Positions 1 through 10,000 of a stretch of 64,000 nucleotides of DNA are shown here, one piece after another. The notes below the pieces were generated by a model, which saw only the letters and a list, made by a program, of their open reading frames with translations, was not told the origin of the DNA and searched no databases. Where the stretch lies: positions 9,429-73,428 of the forward strand of contig CAYXQC010000004.1 of NCBI GenBank assembly GCA_964467385.1, written 5' to 3'. The number at the start of each line of letters is the position of its first letter. Within the stretch, counting starts at the first letter, position 1. The DNA is from an uncultured Candidatus Saccharibacteria bacterium (GTDB lineage Bacteria; Patescibacteriota; Minisyncoccia; Phycocordibacterales; CAIZLB01). Position numbers and translations under genes: made by a program.

Positions 1-320
1 GGCGTAAGCATGGACCATGCGGCGAGGATCTGGATTCCTCAAAAGTTGTCCTCCCACTTAGACTCACTTCTTCTTCTTGGTGGCCATCATTTGTTCTCTA
101 GGAAATAGGGTCCTCGTCGCAAACTCAGACATCCACATCTTTCGAGCGGAAAGTCCGCTCATCGTTCATTCATTAGATCTTTTTGACCTTCGGGTCAATG
201 GTCGATATATCGACAAACATATCTGGCAAGTAGCCACATAGTATCGCAAATCCGCAGAGCAATTCGCACTGTGGATTTTTTCTTTTAAAAAATTCTTATC
301 GACCTGTATAATCAAATGAT

Positions 321-1529
321 ATGGCACTTATACAAGTTGGTGTTGTGCGCGGTGGACCTACTGCAGAATACGATGTGTCGCTTCGCACTGGGCAGCACAT
401 TTTGAACATGCTTGCTAAAGAGCCACTGGCTTCTAACTACAAAGGAAAAGATATTCTGATCGACCAAGAAGGTGTGTGGCATATGGATGGAATCCCCCAG
501 ACGCCAGATGCTATTTTGCGTGGTGTTGATGTTGTTTTTAATGCAACTAAAGGAAATTTTGAAAAAGGTAGTCCACTTCAGCGAATTCTTGAGTCATTTA
601 AAGTGCCATTTGTGGGAACTGAAACTCTAGGTTCAGCTTTGACTAAAAATAAAGTATTGTCGAAAGAACATTTTAAAAAGCAGGGTATTAAAACGCCATA
701 CTACAAGGAACTCAACCTGCCGCTTGGTGGAGATTTGAATCCTGTAGCCCTTGATCTGTTTAGAACTTTTCCAATGCCAGTTATTGTGAAGCCTGTAGGA
801 AAAGGTTCCTCTCTTGGTGTTTCTTTTGCCTCAAATTTTGAGGAATTGATTGAGGCTTTGAAGCATGCGCGCGGATTTTCCGAAGAAGTGTTGGTCGAGG
901 AGTATCTTACTGGTAAAGAAATTATTTCGGGCTTCATCGATGATTTCCGTGGCAAGGACTTGTATCATATGTTTCCTGTGGAAATTAAGCCGCATGAAAG
1001 GGAGGACTTTTTGAGTACCACTTTGCCGAATACTCTAAAAAGTGATGCCGTAAATGCAAACATGAGCACTAACCCTGAAGTGCAAGGTGACGCCCTGGTT
1101 TCTGGTGCTGTAAAAGTCGACGATTTATCTGAAAGTGAAAAAGCTTTGATCGCTCCGCTTAATGAGCTCGCAACTTCAAGTGTGACAAATGTTACAAATT
1201 CACCTAAGAAAAAACGACACTCAATATTTGACTGGGTCGGTAAACATGCAGGTTTGTATGATCACAGTTCTCCTGCGAATCTAACAAGTAAAGAAAAAAA
1301 GACTATTGAAGAGGCTGTCGCCAAAATTAAAGAAACTCTTGGTTTGCGACATTTTGCAACGGCTGATTTTATCGTGCATCCAAAGCGGGGAGTGTATTTG
1401 TTGGAGATAAACACTGACCCGAGCCTCCATGAACATGCACCTGTTTACAAGGCACTCGATGCTGCTGGAATAAAGCATCACGAGTTTTTTGACCACCTGA
1501 TAAGGCTTGCTCTTGGAGGCAAGAAATAG
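321..1529 (+). CDS. ddl: D-alanine--D-alanine ligase (ATP-grasp) with an internal low-complexity insertion
   Basis: N-terminus MALIQVGVVRGGPTAEYDVSLRTG resembles the Ddl N-domain (cf. IRVGVLFGGRSAEHEVS). ATP-grasp core follows (VIVKPVGKGSSLGVS, EVLVEEYLTGKEI, YLLEINTDPSL). Confidence 0.7.
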   Translation: MALIQVGVVRGGPTAEYDVSLRTGQHILNMLAKEPLASNYKGKDILIDQEGVWHMDGIPQTPDAILRGVDVVFNATKGNFEKGSPLQRILESFKVPFVGTETLGSALTKNKVLSKEHFKKQGIKTPYYKELNLPLGGDLNPVALDLFRTFPMPVIVKPVGKGSSLGVSFASNFEELIEALKHARGFSEEVLVEEYLTGKEIISGFIDDFRGKDLYHMFPVEIKPHEREDFLSTTLPNTLKSDAVNANMSTNPEVQGDALVSGAVKVDDLSESEKALIAPLNELATSSVTNVTNSPKKKRHSIFDWVGKHAGLYDHSSPANLTSKEKKTIEEAVAKIKETLGLRHFATADFIVHPKRGVYLLEINTDPSLHEHAPVYKALDAAGIKHHEFFDHLIRLALGGKK

Positions 1530-1608
1530 TAATATGTTTCGTAACGGTTTTTAGCCGTTTTTGTTTCTATAAAGAAGAGGCAAAAAACTAAAATCTCAAA
1601 ATAAATAA

Positions 1609-1681
1609 GGGCCCGTAGCTTAGTTGGTAGAGCGCCTCATTTGCACTGAGGAGGTCAGCGGTTCGAATCCGCTCGGGTCCA
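1609..1681 (+). tRNA. tRNA-Ala (anticodon UGC)
   Basis: Cloverleaf readable by eye. Acceptor GGGCCCG/CGGGTCC carries the G3:U70 alanine identity pair. Anticodon loop is TTTGCAC with a TGC anticodon. T-arm is GCGGTTCGAATCCGC. CCA is not encoded. Confidence 0.85.
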
Positions 1682-1691
1682 CAAAAACAAA

Positions 1692-1726
1692 GCACCCCAT
1701 CGTAAGATGGTGGTGTTTTGTTTTTG
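1692..1726 (+). terminator. rho-independent terminator after tRNA-Ala
   Basis: Hairpin cacc-ccatc gtaa gatgg-t-ggtg (one-base bulge) followed by TTTTGTTTTT. Confidence 0.5.
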
Positions 1727-1870
1727 CATACTAAGAAGCAAGCCGACTGCTCGGCTTGCGTGCGGATTCGAAAGGGTTCTCCTATATTTTCGAACGAATG
1801 CTTTTGCGACTTTAGCCAAGCATACGTGAGAAAATGGGAAACCCGTACTGCGCCTGTAAGGCGAGAAATT

Positions 1871-1884
1871 CCGCTCGGGTCCAC
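1871..1884 (+). repeat. direct repeat of the tRNA-Ala 3' end (att-like junction)
   Basis: Core ccgctcgggtccac matches the tRNA 3' end exactly. With one flanking base each side (ttccgctcgggtccac) it matches tRNA positions 1665-1680 at 15 of 16. It lies immediately upstream of promoter module A. Confidence 0.6.
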
Positions 1885-1890
1885 TCGATA

Positions 1891-1919
1891 TTGACTACTG
1901 TAAGAACGTATAGTACTAT
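1891..1919 (+). promoter_or_regulatory. promoter module A: TTGACT-N17-TACTAT within an inverted repeat
   Basis: TTGACT 1891-1896, 17-nt spacer, TACTAT 1914-1919, followed by the conserved CCGTGCG and leader ttgagtttggaagaaaggtca. An aagaac/gttctt inverted repeat brackets the -10. Confidence 0.5.
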
Positions 1920-2518
1920 CCGTGCGATGTGTTCTTTTAATTTGGTTGAGTTTGGAAGAAAGGTCATAACTTCCACACTGGTTTTCTGATTGGAAACTGG
2001 GGTTGTGATCCTTCCACTGAACTCAAATGCCAGAACCCTTTAAAAAATCAGGAGAAAAAATCCTTGATGACGCTGCAATTCATTTCACCGTCAATGACGT
2101 AAAATATCGTGTCAGAGCGAGTGCTTTTTTACAGATTTGATTCTTTTACCAGATGGGAAATACATGGTTGTAAATGAGTGGACTAGAGGCAACCCTCTCA
2201 AGCCAACCAAGTGGAAGCTTCTAGATGAAGTACCCAGTGACATGAGTCACCTCGAAGTCTATATTGCTGAGCAGTATGAATGGGAATAGGGTGATTACTA
2301 AGATTTGTCCCCGTTCTGTAAACTGAATGGAGAGCCTAGAGAAAGCAGAGTCTCAACAAGAGCCCCGAGCACAAGCGGAGGGTTCTTTTTAATTTAAAAT
2401 TCTCCTCAAAACCACCAACTCCTTTACAACTTGGTTCAGAAAAATGAAAGAGAAGTCCACTCGCATTGACTTTCTGTATAAATATGGCAATATATAGAAA
2501 GGGAACGAGGTGATTTAA

Positions 2519-2761
2519 ATGAATATCACCGTTACAGAACTGGAAGGCAAATTCGCTTTCTTGTTGTTGAAAAAAGTGATAAAAGAGAAAGATTCGTTGA
2601 GGAAACATAAGCCCAACGAAATCAAGCGCGAAGTAGTTAAGGTCGCGGAGGAACTCGGGGTTAAACCTGAAGACCTCTATTCTCTCTACCGCCGTATCGT
2701 CAACGAGCTAGTCGAGGAAGCTCGTCTTCCAGAAAAAATGGACTTCACCAAGCAAGGCTAG
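2519..2761 (+). CDS. hypothetical small protein (80 aa), island cassette
   Basis: ORF follows a gaagtccactcgcattgac promoter-like module and an RBS ggaacgaggtga. A hairpin terminator (aagccgca...tgcggctt) lies downstream. Confidence 0.45.
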   Translation: MNITVTELEGKFAFLLLKKVIKEKDSLRKHKPNEIKREVVKVAEELGVKPEDLYSLYRRIVNELVEEARLPEKMDFTKQG

Positions 2762-2949
2762 GCACCACGCCTACTAAAAGGGTAATTGCTCCTCCCACAC
2801 CAATGTGGCAAGGGCAGAACAAGAACCTCTCCTCCTTGGAGTCCAGAAGCCGCATCAGTAATGGTGCGGCTTCACTCTTTTAATATTTCACATAAATAAA
2901 CTAAATCTTTTGCAATTTGGTTTATAAAAATAATACTGAAGTCCACAAC

Positions 2950-3888
2950 CTCAATCATGCACCACATCTGCAACCTCGATATATACTTGAGGAATGAGAC
3001 ATTCAATACGAGATATATTAATTGAATTACGAAAGCAAAAAGGAAACTGTGCAAAAACAGCAAGAAGACTCGGAATACATAAAAGCACTGTGAGTAGATG
3101 GAAAAAGCGATCACAAAGAGGTGGTCGCTTTTTAGTTAATCAAATCAAGAGAGAATCAACGAGGCCTACCAATATTAAATATGTTCTCACAGAAAGAGAA
3201 GAGACAGATATCATCAAACTACGAGAAAGGAGGAAGTGTACAGCAGAGAAGATTAAATATATCCTTAAGCTTAAGGTGTCGGTAAGCACCATACAGAGAT
3301 TTTTAATACGAGTTGGTCTCATTGAACAGGAAGGATATCGTCGAAGACCTAAATTTCAAAATACCATACATATGCATGCAAAAAACGTTACTACAGTTGG
3401 ATACCTTCAAATGGATGTGAAAGTAGTTACTCCAGAGCTCTCAGGGCTACCTTGGACTTGTTTTGAGTATGCAGTCATTGATATTTACTCAAGATGGAAA
3501 GACGCTGTGATATTGAATCAGTTAGATCAAGATGGTTCCATCGGTGCACTCCTTGAGATATTACCGCGTCTTCCATTCAAACCTGTATTCATACAAACAG
3601 ACAACGGACTTGAGTTCCAACAGAAGTTTAAGAAGTTCCTAGATGGGTGGAATCTTAAACACCATCATATTCACAAATCTACTCCTAACGAGAATGCAGT
3701 GATTGAGAGATCCTTCCGAACCGATGAAGAAGAATTTTACTTTAGAATTGAACATCGACCTAAACACTACGACGAGCTTCGTGACCTTCTCAAAGACTTC
3801 CTGTACTACTACAACCATGAGAGACCACATTTGGGTATTAACATGAAAACACCAGCTGAAATGGTTGCAGATGTGGTGCATGATTGAG
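2950..3888 (+). mobile_element. IS481-family insertion sequence (939 bp) with perfect 26-bp terminal inverted repeats
   Basis: Left IR ctcaatcatgcaccacatctgcaacc (2950-2975) is the exact reverse complement of 3863-3888. A single transposase ORF sits inside. Confidence 0.75.
2994..3887 (+). CDS. IS481-family transposase (HTH + rve integrase core, DDE)
   Basis: N-terminal HTH (KTARRLGIHKSTVSRWKKR). rve core motifs QTDNGLEF, PNENAVIERSFRT and YNHERPHLGINMKTP. The C-terminus runs into the right IR. Confidence 0.85.
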   Translation: MRHSIRDILIELRKQKGNCAKTARRLGIHKSTVSRWKKRSQRGGRFLVNQIKRESTRPTNIKYVLTEREETDIIKLRERRKCTAEKIKYILKLKVSVSTIQRFLIRVGLIEQEGYRRRPKFQNTIHMHAKNVTTVGYLQMDVKVVTPELSGLPWTCFEYAVIDIYSRWKDAVILNQLDQDGSIGALLEILPRLPFKPVFIQTDNGLEFQQKFKKFLDGWNLKHHHIHKSTPNENAVIERSFRTDEEEFYFRIEHRPKHYDELRDLLKDFLYYYNHERPHLGINMKTPAEMVADVVHD

Positions 3889-3894
3889 ACGATA

Positions 3895-3923
3895 TTGACT
3901 ACTGTAAGAACGTATTGTACTAT
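3895..3923 (+). promoter_or_regulatory. promoter module C: TTGACT-N17-TACTAT within a perfect 8-bp inverted repeat
   Basis: Same 29-nt core as module A except one spacer base. aagaacgt / acgttctt flank the -10 (operator-like). It is upstream of ORF 4039-4551. Confidence 0.5.
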
Positions 3924-4038
3924 CCGTGCGACACGTTCTTTATATAGTTTGGGTTTAGAAATAGAGCCTTAAGAATCGCAGCCGACCTGCGATGCACTTA
4001 AAGTTCTTAACTCAACCCAAACAAAACAGCAACCTACC

Positions 4039-4551
4039 ATGACCGAACTACCTCCACCTCCCAGTGTTATCTACCTCTACCCATACACGATCCCTGTAGA
4101 TACTCTTCAGGCTTCGCGAGAGGGTTGGGTTCAAGTGCTTGCGGACCTTCAGGTTGAACGTGGTGACTCTTTCATTCTTCAGCCTGGCTACAGCATATCG
4201 CTAGCTATCAAGGACCTCGAAGTTGGTATCCTTATCACCGAGGATAACCCAGGCAAGGAATACCACGAGCTCAGCCTATTCCTCTTCGAGTTCGACCTGA
4301 GTTCGCTTGGCGACTTTTTTGTCCCGGCCACGGCGCTTTACACGTATGACGATGGGGCAAACTATGTCACCAGTGTCATTGAACACGTAATCACCGAGCA
4401 CTGGAAACCGCGCGTATTTACTCGTGCTGTTGCCGGCAATGAAACCGTAATCGAGGTTGTCCTTGAAGTTACACATGTTGGTGCAGGTGCGCCAATTGAA
4501 TACGTCGAACGTCTTGATCTGCTGAGCTTCGCAGCTTACGCAGGTGACTAG
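4039..4551 (+). CDS. hypothetical protein (170 aa), island cassette, GC-richer than surroundings
   Basis: ORF downstream of promoter module C and followed by a hairpin plus T-run terminator (~4590-4625). No recognisable family. Confidence 0.5.
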   Translation: MTELPPPPSVIYLYPYTIPVDTLQASREGWVQVLADLQVERGDSFILQPGYSISLAIKDLEVGILITEDNPGKEYHELSLFLFEFDLSSLGDFFVPATALYTYDDGANYVTSVIEHVITEHWKPRVFTRAVAGNETVIEVVLEVTHVGAGAPIEYVERLDLLSFAAYAGD

Positions 4552-4796
4552 TTTCGAGCCAAAAAAACCACCACCTCAAACACAGGGCCACTGTCGCAAG
4601 GTAGTGGTTTTCTGTTTTTTTAATTTCTTACCTTTAAATACGAAAATATACATAGTTCTAATACACACTGGTAGTAAGAACAAAGCTCAATACATCCCTA
4701 CTCAACTTCCTCTTTCTCAGCCTTGAGTATATAAGCCAGCACTTGCAACTCCTTAACCATTTGGTTCCATATTTGAGGCGGGAAGTCCACTCGCAT

Positions 4797-4825
4797 TGAC
4801 GAACAAAAGAATATATTGTACTATC
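4797..4825 (+). promoter_or_regulatory. promoter module D: TTGACG-N17-TACTAT plus conserved leader
   Basis: TTGACG 4797-4802, 17-nt spacer, TACTAT 4820-4825, then CCGTGCAG. The leader ttgagtttggaagaaaggtca..ctggggttgtga..cttccact is shared with module A. Confidence 0.5.
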
Positions 4826-4932
4826 CGTGCAGTATGTTCTTTTAAATTGTTTGAGTTTGGAAGAAAGGTCAGAACTTTTTACCAGTGTTGCTCTGCGAAA
4901 CTGGGGTTGTGACTCTTCCACTAAACTTAATC

Positions 4933-5241
4933 ATGAACAGATTATTGAAGAAGATATTGCGAATGGGCAACCTAGAGCAGTGCACTGAAACGGATATTGA
5001 AGAGGTGATTGCGAGAGGCGCAATAACAACAAAGCAGAAAGAGGTGCTATTTGGAGTGTATAGAACTCACCTTTCGTATGATTCGATTGCGATGAAGGTT
5101 GGCTGCACACCCCTGGGAGCACGTCGAATCGCAAGAAAAACATTTTTAAAGCTGGAGTATGCACTTGCAAGTCGTGCCACAGATCGTTTTATCGACCACC
5201 AAATCATCTGCGGTGTGGCAGCTGCAGCCGCTGGTTGTTGA
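4933..5241 (+). CDS. small HTH protein, sigma-70 region-4-like / LuxR-like helix-turn-helix
   Basis: LSYDSIAMKVGCTPLGARRIARKTFLKLE resembles a sigma region 4.2 HTH. The start was moved from the track's 4885 to the ATG at 4933, because 4885-4930 is the conserved promoter leader shared with module A. Confidence 0.4.
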   Translation: MNRLLKKILRMGNLEQCTETDIEEVIARGAITTKQKEVLFGVYRTHLSYDSIAMKVGCTPLGARRIARKTFLKLEYALASRATDRFIDHQIICGVAAAAAGC

Positions 5242-5485
5242 TAGCTACCCCTTTTTGTTTTTTTATCCAACTCTCCCTACAACAAGGAGTCACACGACTC
5301 ATGATGTGGGGCTTTTTGTTTTATTTAAAAATCTCTTTTAATCATTGCAACTCCCTCATAATCTGGTTCAGAAAAATAAAAGGGAAGTCCGTAGAGTATT
5401 AGCAAATAACACGTAATGTGGTATTTTGTTTTTAGGTTATCGATTCACGATACCGTTCAATACAAAAAAGAAAGGAACCTGCTCA

Positions 5486-5784
5486 TGAGCTTTTCATTGC
5501 TTAGTAAGTTTTACGCCCGTCCGGAGCTTTTCCGGAAAAACCAACCCGTCTATCTTCGTAAGTCTGATGAAGAGGCTGACGAAGATTCCCGTAGAAAACT
5601 TTCTCATCTGCGGGAGCAGATCGGTAGCGGACCGTTTCGTGTGCTTCGGATCACGGACACACCCTCCTCGAAAGCTGCACCTCAATGCGTCACGCTTGCT
5701 GACACAGGAAGTGATGCTCCTCTGCGAACCGAGGATGGACCACTGGAACTCAGCGGCTACTATCTGTCGTCGGATCCGCAGTAA
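5486..5784 (+). CDS. hypothetical protein (~99 aa), island cassette
   Basis: ATG at 5486 is preceded by the RBS aaaggaa, and a terminator-like hairpin lies at ~5805-5850. The longer track start at 5416 lacks an RBS. Confidence 0.35.
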
Positions 5785-6042
5785 GTCCAACTTGGTCGTC
5801 GCCCACTAACTCAGCACAGGAACCCCTGTCGTGAGATAGTGGGTTTTCTATTTTTATGTTACCAACAAATATCTCTGAACACTTTTCCAGATTTCGCATC
5901 TGTAAGGTTGAAATACGCAATTGGGTGATTCAAAAGTCTTGAACCATTACGGGGTATTGACTAGTGTAATATAACGTGATACTAATTGTAACGTTCTTTT
6001 ACATCTGAAAATCAATTCAAACGACAACTCAAAAAAACAGTC

Positions 6043-6489
6043 ATGGAACAAAAACTTGCTGAAGCAATCAGAAAAGCGTTGCTAGAAAACGGAATCGTCT
6101 TTTCGGAGGAGAACCCACTCGAGGTTCGTCTCCGTACTGCCAACGGAAGTATGGATACTCGTATTGCTTTCCCGGCAGTAACGCTAGGGAAAAATCTTGA
6201 AGATCTGATGGCTGTTGAAATTTCAACTCTCGGACTTGGAACGATCACTTGCAATACTTTAAAAGGTATGGGTATGGATACGGTAGGTGATGTACTCAAT
6301 CGAGTTGCAAAAGAAGGTTATCGCGAATTGATGCGTCAACGCCGCTTTGCAAAGAAAGGGTTCTATAATCTCCGTTCCGCGCTTTGGGATCTTGGCCTTA
6401 CCCTCGACAGTAATTGGAAAGTGCTGGATTACCTCCATCAAGATCGCGAATGGGAATCACGATTTCCATACTCTGTACGAGCGAGGTAA
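6043..6489 (+). CDS. stand-alone RNA polymerase alpha-subunit C-terminal-domain-like (HhH) protein
   Basis: VEISTLGLGTITCNTLKGMGMDTVGDVLNRVAKEGYRELMRQRRFAKKGFYNLRSALWDLGL matches the alpha-CTD pattern. Compare this genome's own RpoA C-terminus IDLSQRTANALVNANIRTVGGLIRKREKDILELDGLGSKGVEEIKVALETLGL. Confidence 0.5.
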   Translation: MEQKLAEAIRKALLENGIVFSEENPLEVRLRTANGSMDTRIAFPAVTLGKNLEDLMAVEISTLGLGTITCNTLKGMGMDTVGDVLNRVAKEGYRELMRQRRFAKKGFYNLRSALWDLGLTLDSNWKVLDYLHQDREWESRFPYSVRAR

Positions 6490-6570
6490 AAAGGCTAGCC
6501 AAAGTAGACAGGATTAATGCAGGATCGAAATCGTTGAACATCGTGATCGTTTCATAATGTTCGAACTCAA

Positions 6571-6606
6571 CCCACCACTCTGAAAAGTGTGGTGGGTTTT
6601 AATTTT
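6571..6606 (+). terminator. rho-independent terminator
   Basis: cccaccac tctgaaaagt gtggtggg followed by ttttaatttt. Confidence 0.6.
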
Positions 6607-7007
6607 AATACTTTATGTAAAAAAATAAAAATAAACCCCACACACCCGTAGCTTTTGTGTGGTCTATTCAGATAGTTCAAAAAATGGGAAATAAAAGGAA
6701 CAAAATTACTGTCGATTTTACACAAAAAACACAAAATTGACTCGTAATAAAACTGATTGATCAAACAAAATCAATCTAATGAACAAACGACTAGTCCAAT
6801 TGTGACTAGTCTGTTTTATTTTTAGATATGAATTTTTGATGAATAGGGTATATTCACAGACATATTTTTATGTGCTGTATTGCATTTTAGCTATAAAAAA
6901 GCTCACTTTTTTATTGACGCTCGTATGGGCGAGGAGTAGTCTATGGGTACCTTAACAACCAGACAGGTTCTTTAACGAACCTGCAATATTTACTGCCTAA
7001 ATTTTTT

Positions 7008-10000
7008 ATGCAAAAACCAAACATACAAACATCCCTTTTAGTAGCCTTGCTTTTAAGTTTAAGTATATTTTTACCAAGTGAACTTTCTGCTGCAACAACA
7101 GGTGCAACGAGCGGAACTAGTTTTTCTAACAATGCAGGAGGCACAGTTGCATGGAGCAATCTTTCAAATGCAACAAGTTCAGATAGCAATTATGTAACTG
7201 CTGGTTTAAATAGTGGTGGTAATCAAACTACACAAAAATTTAGAGCAACTGGATTCAATTTTAACATTCCTTCTAATGCTGTTGTAACGGGTATCGAAGT
7301 CACTGCTGAATATTCTGCTTCAAGCGCGAGTAAAATTGCAAGTTCAACTGTACAACTCGTAAAAGGCGGAACTACAATCACTGCCTATACTGGTAGCACA
7401 AGTGCTGTATGGACTACAACTAATACAACCTCTACATATGGAGGAACAAATCAACTTTGGGGTACCACATGGACAGCTACTGATATAAATGCTTCGAACT
7501 TCGGGGTAGAGTTCTCGACTCGATATAATACAGCATTTACTGGGGCGGTAACGGCTCAGCTTGATCAACTTTCTATAAAGGTCTACTATACGGCTCTTCC
7601 TCTTATCTCTGTTACTTCAAACATCTCAACCTCAACTCTGACGAATCAAGATATTACTATTACAGCCACTTCAACTGCTAATAGTACCCTAAACGCCACT
7701 TCACATATCTTCACAGAAAACGGCTCATTCGACTTCGTGGCGACTAATGTTGATGGTACAGCTACTACTACAGTAACTATTACAAACATCGACAAAGAGG
7801 CACCAGTTATCGCATCTTCTGTAGATATTGAAAATATTGAGGCAACTTCAGTATCAGGAGCTACTGTAACTTATACAACTCCAGCTATTACTGATAACAA
7901 CTCTGGAGCTACGGTTTCATGTCTCCCAGCTTCTGGATCTACTTTTGCACTTGGAACTACAGGTGTGATCTGTAATGGTTCAGATGTTGCAGGCAACTCT
8001 GCTACTTCAACTACATTCAATGTAACTGTGGTTGATACAACTTCACCTGTCATTGTATTGATTGGTGCTGATCCTCTTTCTGTAGAAGCTGGTACAGTCT
8101 TCGTTGACCCAGGGGCCACAGCAATAGATGCAAGTGGTGACTTTGCTGCCACATCAACAAATAACGTCGATACAGGAACTCTAGGGATATATACAGTGAC
8201 ATACACTGCCACTGATGCATCAGGAAACAGTGCTTCATCTACTACTCGAACAGTAAATGTGGTAGACACAACAGCACCTGCTGCACCAACTGCTGTATCA
8301 CCAATTGCAAATGCAATTCTTACTTCATCAGCACTCACTGTGCTTGATTGGAGTGATGTGGCTGATTTCTCATCACCAGTAACATATGCATACCAGCTCT
8401 CAAATTCAAATGCTACTAACCTAGACGGAACATTCGTTACTCCGATCGCTTCAGGAAGCACACTTACTACATCTGAAGCCTCAACGACTCTTGCGACAGA
8501 GGGTGACTATTACTACATTGCTCAGGCAACAGATGCACAGCTCAATGCTGGCCTTTGGATGTCTCCGGTTAAATTTACAATCGACAATACCGCACCTGCA
8601 ATTACAGTCACTGGCTCAAGCAGTATGACAGTAGAAGGTGGCTCAGTGTACGCAGACGATGGAGCTACAGCTCTTGATACGGTTGATGGACCAGTTTCAG
8701 TTTCATCATCAGGCAGTGTTGATACATCAATCACAGGCACATACACAATTACCTATACTGCAACAGATACAGCTGGAAATACTGCTACATCTACTCGATC
8801 TATTGAAGTAGTGGATACAACATCTCCTGTCATCACTCTTCTTGGCTCTGATCCCGTAACCATCGAAGCGGGTTCAACATATACAGATGCTGGAGCTACA
8901 GTGTCTGACAATATCTCTACTCCAATCACTGCAACAGCTTCAGGAACAGTTTCAACATTCGTAGTTGGAACATATGTGATCGAATACAATGCAGTTGATG
9001 GATCTGGAAATGTGGCCGCAACGGTTACTCGAACAGTAAACGTAGTAGACACAACGGCACCAGTTATAAACATCACTGGTCAGAATCCAAATATTGTAAC
9101 TATTAACAATGTATATGTAGACTCTGGTGCAACAGCTAGCGATCTTGTTGACGGAATCATCACTGTAACTTCAACAAGCACAGTTGATACAGCAACTCTT
9201 GGTACATATGCGGTGACATATTTTGCAACTGACTTGAGTGGTAATACAACTTCAGCTTCTCGATCAGTTATCGTTATTCCTCCAGACACAACAGCACCAG
9301 TTATCACAATCCTCGGCACAAATCCTCTTACAATCGAAGGTGGATCACTCTATATCGATGCCGGAGCAACAGCTCTTGATAACGTGAATGGAAATCTCAC
9401 AAGTTCAATCGTGACAGTCAATGGTGTAATAGCTACTTCAACAGGTTCATACACTGTGACTTACGATGTGTCTGACGGGGCAGGAAATCCTGCGACACAA
9501 GGCGTTCGAAATGTAACTGTAGTAGATACAACTGCACCAGTTCTCACAGTAAATGGTACAAATCCACTCACACTTCACATCGGTGATACATACACAGAGC
9601 TCGGTGCAACAGCTACAGATGCAGTTGATCAAGCGGTAGTGGTAGTAGTTGGTGGTGACATTGTTACAACAACAGCAACTTCAACATTCGTGGTGAGCTA
9701 TACAGCATCAGATGCATCAGGAAATCCTGCAATCCCAGTATCACGAACAGTGTATGTGGTTGATATAGCAGTACCAATCATCACAATCGTAGGTTCAAGC
9801 ACCGTTGATGTTGAATACGGCTCAGTGTATACAGATGCCGGAGCAACAGCGCTTGATGACGCTGATGGTGATATCTCTGCAAACATTGTAACTTCAGGAA
9901 GTGTAAACACATCAGCTCTCGGTGCATACACACTTTCATATGATGTATCAGACTCATCAGGAAATGCTGCAATTACCACAAACCGAACAGTAAATGTGGT

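Noticed and set aside
1588-1884. 98-aa minus-strand ORF
   Set aside because: It is simply the reverse strand of tRNA-Ala, its terminator and the att-like repeat. No RBS, and translation through a tRNA gene is implausible.
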